Of a DNA stretch of 64,000 nt, positions 57,445 through 64,000 are shown piece by piece (the stretch's first letter is position 1; each line of letters opens with the position of its first letter). A program made the translations under genes and the position numbers. Under the pieces are notes generated by a model. It did no database searches. It was not told the origin of the DNA and worked only from the letters and a program-made list of their open reading frames with translations. Source of the DNA: Saprolegnia diclina VS20 (taxonomy: Eukaryota); the NCBI RefSeq assembly GCF_000281045.1, contig NW_008246078.1, forward strand, positions 272,191 through 336,190. Reading direction: 5' to 3'.

Positions 57445-58398
57445 GCTGCAAATGGCAAACTGACACCAAAGTGCAATAGTGCAATATGACGCGAGCCAAT
57501 CACAAGCAACACTGGCGCCGATCCGTATCTTTGATTGACACCACTGCAAGATCCTGTAAGGCTTCGTTGATCCCGACGCGCCAGGCTCTACCCAACGCTG
57601 AATGCAAGAAACTCACAAACCTCTATGCGAGGCCGGGCCATTGAAGACACGCAGGATACGCTGCATCGAAGCTGCATTGCCCGGAGTGCACCTCTGAATC
57701 GACCGAATATGTCTGCAAAGCCTAGCGTTGCTTGGCGCATCTCCTTGTCCGAGGCGCCTGTACCCTTGCTCCAGCTAAAAAAGGCTGGCCGCTGGTGTTC
57801 GGCTACTTGTCCAAGCGGCCGAGGTCCTCTCCCTTGATGGCCAGCGACGCGGGTGACGTTGAGGTCATTGAAACACGAAACACCCGCTGAACTCCTCAGC
57901 GCTGCGATTGCCGCTTGTAATCACATCGTAGTACCGGTAGCTGAGCCGACGAGCGTGAGTGGTAGACAGCACATTTGAAGCCGGCGGCGTGTCCAGTCGA
58001 AGAAGGAACTCTAGGTGGTTTTGTCTACTAGCCTATTTCATTGGCTGGTTTCCCACCAATGGTTAGGGTTTTCCTCACTCGGAGGTTTTGTCCACGTCTC
58101 TCGCAGTTTGTATGTCCCATAATGTCCTGAATCCAGTCCGGGCTATTGTCGTGGGGACCTCACTTGGGTTTTGGTTCCGTTCTGGCTTGCTTTCCGCTTG
58201 CCCATTTGCCTCCTCTTCTTCCTCTTCTTAGCTCCCACGTGCGAGCTTGACACTGACGCTTTTGTGTCCATCGGCTGCTCATCTTATGCGTGCGACACGG
58301 CTCTCGTGTTGGACAGTTGGTGTTGGACAGCCAACGTCGCGTCTACAGCCTAGACTCAGAGGTGCTTTGTCCAATGGCGTTTAGTAGCATTTCCCAAG

Positions 58399-59517
58399 AT
58401 GCCCACTCTCACGCGCAATGCGATCGCGGTGGCCGTTGCCTTTGTGCTCGTCGCCACCTACGGCGCGTGCGTCACAGCGCTCGTTGCATCCAAGTACGGC
58501 CCGCTCCTCGAGATGCCCAAAGCGAGTGTGGCCAGCATCGCCGCCATCGTCGTTGCGGTCCTCGGCCTCGCACGCCTCGCATGGGCGCCATCGTACAAGG
58601 TCAACCTCGCTCTTCTCGTCTTGGCGAGCGGCTGCTGCGGCGTGCTGCTGGGGTTTGCGATTCGCGGCGCCTTGACAACGTCCGAAGCGATTGCGGTGGC
58701 ACCGACGCTGCCGGCATACCAGCAGCGCATGACGAGCATCTTTGCCTCGGACGAAGCGCGCCAGTTCAACTACAGCGATAGCCTTGGCATCAACAGCCGT
58801 CTGCCCTCGCCGACCCTCAGCACCAACGGCGCCTACTACCCGTTCGACGCTGCGAGTGTCTTTGCCGAGGCGTACTGCATCGGCCAAGGCGACCACTTTT
58901 GCAGTGCCCTCCCGCTCACGCAAACGATCGTGTACCCGGGTCTGTGGCTCAACCCGAATGTGACGGCGGACGTAGCGCGCAACCTCTCGGTGCTGCCGAC
59001 AACCTTCGCCAACGTCACCGTGACAGACACGACAACGATCGCGAGCTTCTGCGCCGCCGCCACGATCGCGGAGAATGACCACATGACACCGTTCGAGACA
59101 AGTGTGCGCCAACTGTGCAGCAGCTGCGCCACGCTTGCCAAGCTGGCGGCCATGGCCACCACGCACGACGCGCTCAAGACCTGGATCGACGACACGTGCC
59201 CGATGACGTCGGCCAAGCCGTCCGGCGTCTACTGCATCGCGACGGCCAAGTGTCTGCAGCGCGACATCGAGTACCCAGGCCGCGGCTACGACTACTTTTG
59301 CTATGCAAACTGGCCGTATACGTACATGAACCCGTCGTTCGATGTATGCTTTGGCTCGACGCTCATGTCGACCGTGCGCCAGTACGACGTGGCGATCGCG
59401 GTCGTCTCGAGCTTGCTCTTGCTAGTTAGCCTCGTGCTCGCTGCATATGTGTGGCGCACACGCCGCGGCCAAGACCACGCCGACACGGCCGTGCAGACAC
59501 CGAAAGACACCGTCTAG
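58399..59517 (+). CDS. Tetraspanin-like 4-TM protein with a large Cys-rich loop (372 aa)
   Basis: Three N-terminal TMs, a ~250-aa loop with about 10 Cys, and one C-terminal TM. Confidence 0.75.
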   Translation: MPTLTRNAIAVAVAFVLVATYGACVTALVASKYGPLLEMPKASVASIAAIVVAVLGLARLAWAPSYKVNLALLVLASGCCGVLLGFAIRGALTTSEAIAVAPTLPAYQQRMTSIFASDEARQFNYSDSLGINSRLPSPTLSTNGAYYPFDAASVFAEAYCIGQGDHFCSALPLTQTIVYPGLWLNPNVTADVARNLSVLPTTFANVTVTDTTTIASFCAAATIAENDHMTPFETSVRQLCSSCATLAKLAAMATTHDALKTWIDDTCPMTSAKPSGVYCIATAKCLQRDIEYPGRGYDYFCYANWPYTYMNPSFDVCFGSTLMSTVRQYDVAIAVVSSLLLLVSLVLAAYVWRTRRGQDHADTAVQTPKDTV

Positions 59518-60150
59518 CTCTCTTCGTTCTAGTACATAATACACTAGTCGTTAGTACACGAGATGGTTTTTGGTCCCGTCTTGATCCAACAAGCAGCATT
59601 GCATCGTACCGCACGGACCACCAAGTATGAGTTGTACTACGTAATATGACTAGAGTCGAATGGTGTCGATCCTGGTGGCGGTAGCTGGTGGCGGTACTAG
59701 TACCTGGTGGCGGTGGCACCAACTCGATAGATTGATACAATTGGGTGCCAGTGGCAGTGTGCCACACTCACGAACGGTCTCTACCACGCAGTGTACGGCC
59801 CTTTTTCGATCTTATCACTCTACCCCATTGTACACTATTGTACAATCTAAACATGTAGTAGTATGGCCTTGGACGTCGCAGGGAGCAACTACGGGGAGCG
59901 TGTACTGGATACGGCAATTCCACGACATTGTTGGCCTCGGTATCCGTATCCGGATACGCAGTGGGCGGGAACGCATTTTATCCAATCCGCGTGCGTCTTG
60001 CGTATTATTTTACCATATTCGTTTGGTTTCACGTCCCATGTATTATTAGCATTCAATCTTTGTATGAAAATCCTAGAATCGCTTAAAAAAGAATAAGGGC
60101 GATGCAAATTATTGGATCCGGGCCCGCGACCGGTCATTTCCGGACTGACC

Positions 60151-60636
60151 ATGGCCGACTCGATTGCGGCGCAGCGCCTCCGGCAGGAGCGCAAGAACTG
60201 GCGCCGGGACCACCCCGCGGGCTTCTGGGCGCGGCCCGTGGCGGCCGACGACGGCAGCCTCAACATCATGGTGTGGCAGGCAGGGATTCCCGGCAAGGCG
60301 GGGACCATGTGGGAGGGCGGGACCTACAAGATGTCGCTGACGTTCTCGGAAGACTACCCGAGCAAGCCGCCGCTGTGCAAGTTTGTGCCACCGCTCTATC
60401 ACCCGAACGTGTACCCGAGCGGGACGGTGTGCTTGAGCATTTTGAACGAGGACAAGGACTGGAAGCCCAGCGTCACGATCAAGCAGATCCTCAAGGGCGT
60501 GCAGGATTTGCTCGACTCGCCCAACATGGCCGACCCGGCGCAGCGCGAGCCCTTCCAGGACCTCAAGAACGACCCGGAAGAGTACAAGCGCAAGGTCAAG
60601 CTGATAGCGCTCAAGAACCGTGACAACACGAACTAA
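60151..60636 (+). CDS. UBC9: SUMO-conjugating enzyme Ubc9
   Basis: [42 protein letters not shown]; Inr-like GTCATTTCCG at 60133. Confidence 0.96.
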   Translation: MADSIAAQRLRQERKNWRRDHPAGFWARPVAADDGSLNIMVWQAGIPGKAGTMWEGGTYKMSLTFSEDYPSKPPLCKFVPPLYHPNVYPSGTVCLSILNEDKDWKPSVTIKQILKGVQDLLDSPNMADPAQREPFQDLKNDPEEYKRKVKLIALKNRDNTN

Positions 60637-60740
60637 GACATCCCATTTTTACACCACTCGTGTGCACCATGGGAGACGCGACTGCAACCGGCGCGCCAAA
60701 CTCTACGACTACAAACTAGCATGCATCTGGGTCGACGCTT

Positions 60741-63031
60741 CTATACGCCGTGCTTGATGAGGAGCGCGCCGACCTCGTGGTGGTGGCACTGCTCCGCGAC
60801 CGTCAACGGCGTCATCCCGCCCTTCATCGCTTGGTGCGCATTCGCACCCGCTTGTAGCAGCTGCCGGACGACGTCCAGATGACCACTCGCGGCCGCCACA
60901 AACAGCGCCGAGCTCCCGTCCTGTGCATAGCATGAGCTTCTTCCGTCATTGTCTCGATCATCATCTACCTTCATCGTGTGGTCGATGCTGGCGCCATGCG
61001 CGAGCAAGACCTCGACGCACTTGGCATGGCCTTTCGCAGCTGCGACGATGAGCGACGTCGCGCGGTCGTCCGTCGCCTGCTGCACACTGGCGCCGGCGTC
61101 CACGAGCTGGCTCACAACGTCGGCGTGGCCGTGCGACGCCGCCGCCAGCAGCGCAAACGACTGCGCATCCGAGATGATGTTGACGTTGGCGCCGGCCTTG
61201 ATGAGCGACCGCACCACGTGGCCATGGCCTTTCGCCGCTGCAAGCATGAGCGGCGTCGTGCCATCCTAGCCACCCGCTCATCATGAGCCTCATGCTTCAA
61301 GAGGACAAAGGTCTACCAGCGTCTCGGCGTCGACGTCGGTGAGCGGCAAGAAGACGTCGACGAGCGCCATGTGTCCATTCTGCGCTGCAATGTGCAGCAG
61401 CGTGGCACCGTTCTACGCACAAATTGCCATCTTTTGTATCAAGGTATCAAGATCGTACGCGCATCGTGGCGGCCGTCGACGGGTATTTCGGCAGCAACGT
61501 GGTGACGAGACCGACGTGGCCGTGCTCGGTGGCGACCATGAGGGCTGTTGCACCCGTCTACGTTGCACGATGAGTGTCGAATCGCGTGATTCGGAGGGGA
61601 CCTTGGTGGCCGCCAGCAAGTCGACGTCGGCGGCGAGTAGCAGGTCCACGATTGCAGTCTGACCGCACGCCGCCGCCACGATCAGCGCCGAGGTCCCGTC
61701 CTACACGGCGTCACGTCAAGCGTCTGGGTAAGAGAGAGACCGGCGTACCTCTATCGTGTGATGCAGCGACTTGGGCGAGAACGTCGAGAGCTGCTTGAAG
61801 ACGGCCATGTGGCCGTGCTGGGCGGCCAGGAGCAGCGCGCTGGTCACCGCGTCCAGCGACTAGTCATGTAATTCATCAGAAATGATACGAGGTGAAGTGG
61901 AGTGCGTACCCAGTTGCCTTGGGCCAAGAGCAAGTCGACCACCGCCGTGTGCCCGTACTGCGCTGCGAGGGCGAGGGCCGTCGCACCGTCCTACGCGCGC
62001 CATCAGCATCGATCGCATAAGACATCGGCGATAGCTCTACCTGGCGCGTCTTTTTGAGGTCGGCTTTGACGAGAAGCAGCTCGACAATCGCCAGCTCGCC
62101 CTTGGCACACGCCAGGAGAAGCGGCGTCGTCCCATCCTAAGCAAAGTTGGTCTCCAGATGCACGATGGCAAAGTCGTGTACCGAGAGCGGAATGTCGACG
62201 TCGTTGACGGCGTCGAGGAGCGCACGGACGACGTCTTGATGCCCGTGCTGCGTGGCGAGGAGCAGTGCTGTGGCACCGCCGTCCATTGCGACCGTCGGGC
62301 GCGCGTGCGGCAAGAGCAGCTGGACCATGGCAGCGTGCCCGTTCTGCGCGGCCACGACGATCGGTGTTGCGCCATTCTACGTATATACGATGCATGAGGA
62401 TCCGACGAGGTAGATGGCATCGAAGATGATGATGGCGTACGTGCATGGCCTTGGTCGCATCGGCCTTCTTCTCCAAGAGGAGACGCGCAATCTCGAGCGA
62501 GCCGACCTGCGCGGCCATAAACAGAGGCGTGACGCCGTCCTACAGAGGACATGAGCGACGAGGCGAGCGACGTTGCGTACGTTGGCGGCAATGTTGACGT
62601 CGGCGCAGTCGACGAGCAGTTGGACAACGTTGACATGGCCATACTGGCACGCGATCAAAAGTGGCGTAGCGCCTTCCTATGCACCGATGTCTTCAATCCG
62701 TGCAAAGGAGGAGGATGGCGTCGTCGTACCCGCGTCTGCGCGTTGACGTTCGACTGCGCGAGAAGCTCGCGCACGAGCTCAATGTGGCCTTTGCTGGCGG
62801 CAATGTACAATGGCGTCCGGCCCACCTACGCGACGGTCAGCTGCATCGCATGAGGGTGCGCTCGTCGTACGTCGTCCTTGGCATCGATGCAACCGCACTT
62901 GGCCAGAAGCGCCGTGAGCTCGTCGAGAGACCCGTCCTTGGCCGCTTGTAGCAGCGCATCGCGGGAGTCCTACGCCCACATGAGACGCCAACCCATCGAG
63001 GATGCCAAGGACGTACTTCGTAAATCGCCAT
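60741..63031 (-). CDS. Canonical ankyrin-repeat protein, about 14-15 exons
   Basis: Repeated G.TPL..AA..GH..VV..LL units split by ~45-nt GT-AG introns; first exon MAIYE. Confidence 0.85.
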
Positions 63032-64000
63032 GGGTTGCAGGTTGAAAAGTGGGTCCAAGCTTCGCCCAAACGGGCACTACGATCTGTGATTGGCTAAAAT
63101 TACGCGACATGGGCCAATCATGAACACCTGTCAGGCAGTTGAAGTGCCGATTATAACACGTTTGTTATAACCTCGCCTGGAGCATTGCCCATCATCATCT
63201 GCCCGAGGTTGAAGAAGCTTCGCACTTGGTGGTGGTGGTGGCCGTGGCTTGGACCATCACCGCTGCTGCGATCGCGACGGCGATAAAGCGTCCCGACGAC
63301 CTGCACAGTTGCAAGCACAGAGCTCTCTTCATTCTGAACGACGCGACAACCTACGCGGAGGCATGACGGCCGCCACCCGACCAGCATGGGATGTGCCGTC
63401 GTAAGGATACCATGCATGGCTTCGTCGAATGGCCATTCACTTGGCTACTGCTCGCTACCACTGTGCACCCGCTAGCGCGGGAGGCTTTGCGCGGGCAGCT
63501 CGCGCCGGCAACCCAGAAACGACGAGCAGCTCAGTGGCGTCCCTGCGTGACCTGGCTACAGACGTGACAGGCATTGTTCCTTGCGTGCGACGTCAGCCAA
63601 TGCGTCCATTGGCCTGTCTGAGTTGCCTGCACCCAGAGCAGCTTCAATGCACCGCGATGATGCCACTGCCACCGTTGGTGCAAACTGTAGGTGCGACTAA
63701 CTTTTCGCTCCCATCAACGACAGACGGCCCTCGCTGACGGGGCTCGGAGCATCGGCATGGGTCCGTGGCAAGGTCCAGCGTGGTATTGCCTCCTTCTGTA
63801 ACACGTTCCGCGGCGGATCTAACGGCACCACGACATGTTATAACGACGCCGACGGTTCTAACACACCAGCCGATCTGATCGGCAGGCGGCTGGAGGCAGG
63901 CAGGATCAGCCACAGGCACGGATTGCGCCCTAACTTCAACATGCGACGACGCGCGGTGCCACGCCCGGCAGTGTCACTCGCGCGGCTGCGCCCATCAATG

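Overview
Eukaryotic, GC-rich (about 60%) genomic DNA with many short (about 39-65 nt) GT-AG introns. The gene content, oomycete-type Inr/FPR core promoters and lineage-expanded families point to an oomycete, most likely Saprolegniales such as Saprolegnia; this is an inference. The window holds about 33 protein-coding genes and three assembly gaps. Housekeeping genes: eIF1A, PFDN5, EMC6, AAGAB, a SIRT4-like sirtuin, V-ATPase E, an RBM39-like factor, RPC9/CRCP, PSMB1 and UBC9. Accessory genes: an inverted, near-identical pair of secreted bacterial-type S1 proteases, a cupin, a membrane-anchored expansin-like protein, a 1749-aa internally duplicated polytopic membrane protein with paralog fragments, three SHAQKYF-type Myb genes in a gene-poor stretch, three tandem secreted Dcr2/PAP-like metallophosphoesterases, a bacterial-type Dph6-like ATP pyrophosphatase, two ankyrin proteins and a tetraspanin-like protein. 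The most notable observation is a head-to-head pair, 286 bp between start codons, of two receptor-like proteins with apparently degenerate GAP-fold tails: a single-pass LamG/cadherin-like receptor with a RasGAP-like tail, and a 7TM-RGS protein. A TATCCGGA/TCCGGATA element recurs upstream of several housekeeping genes, and several spliced or short genes are missed by the ORF track. Domain calls come from motif recognition by eye; no database searches were run.
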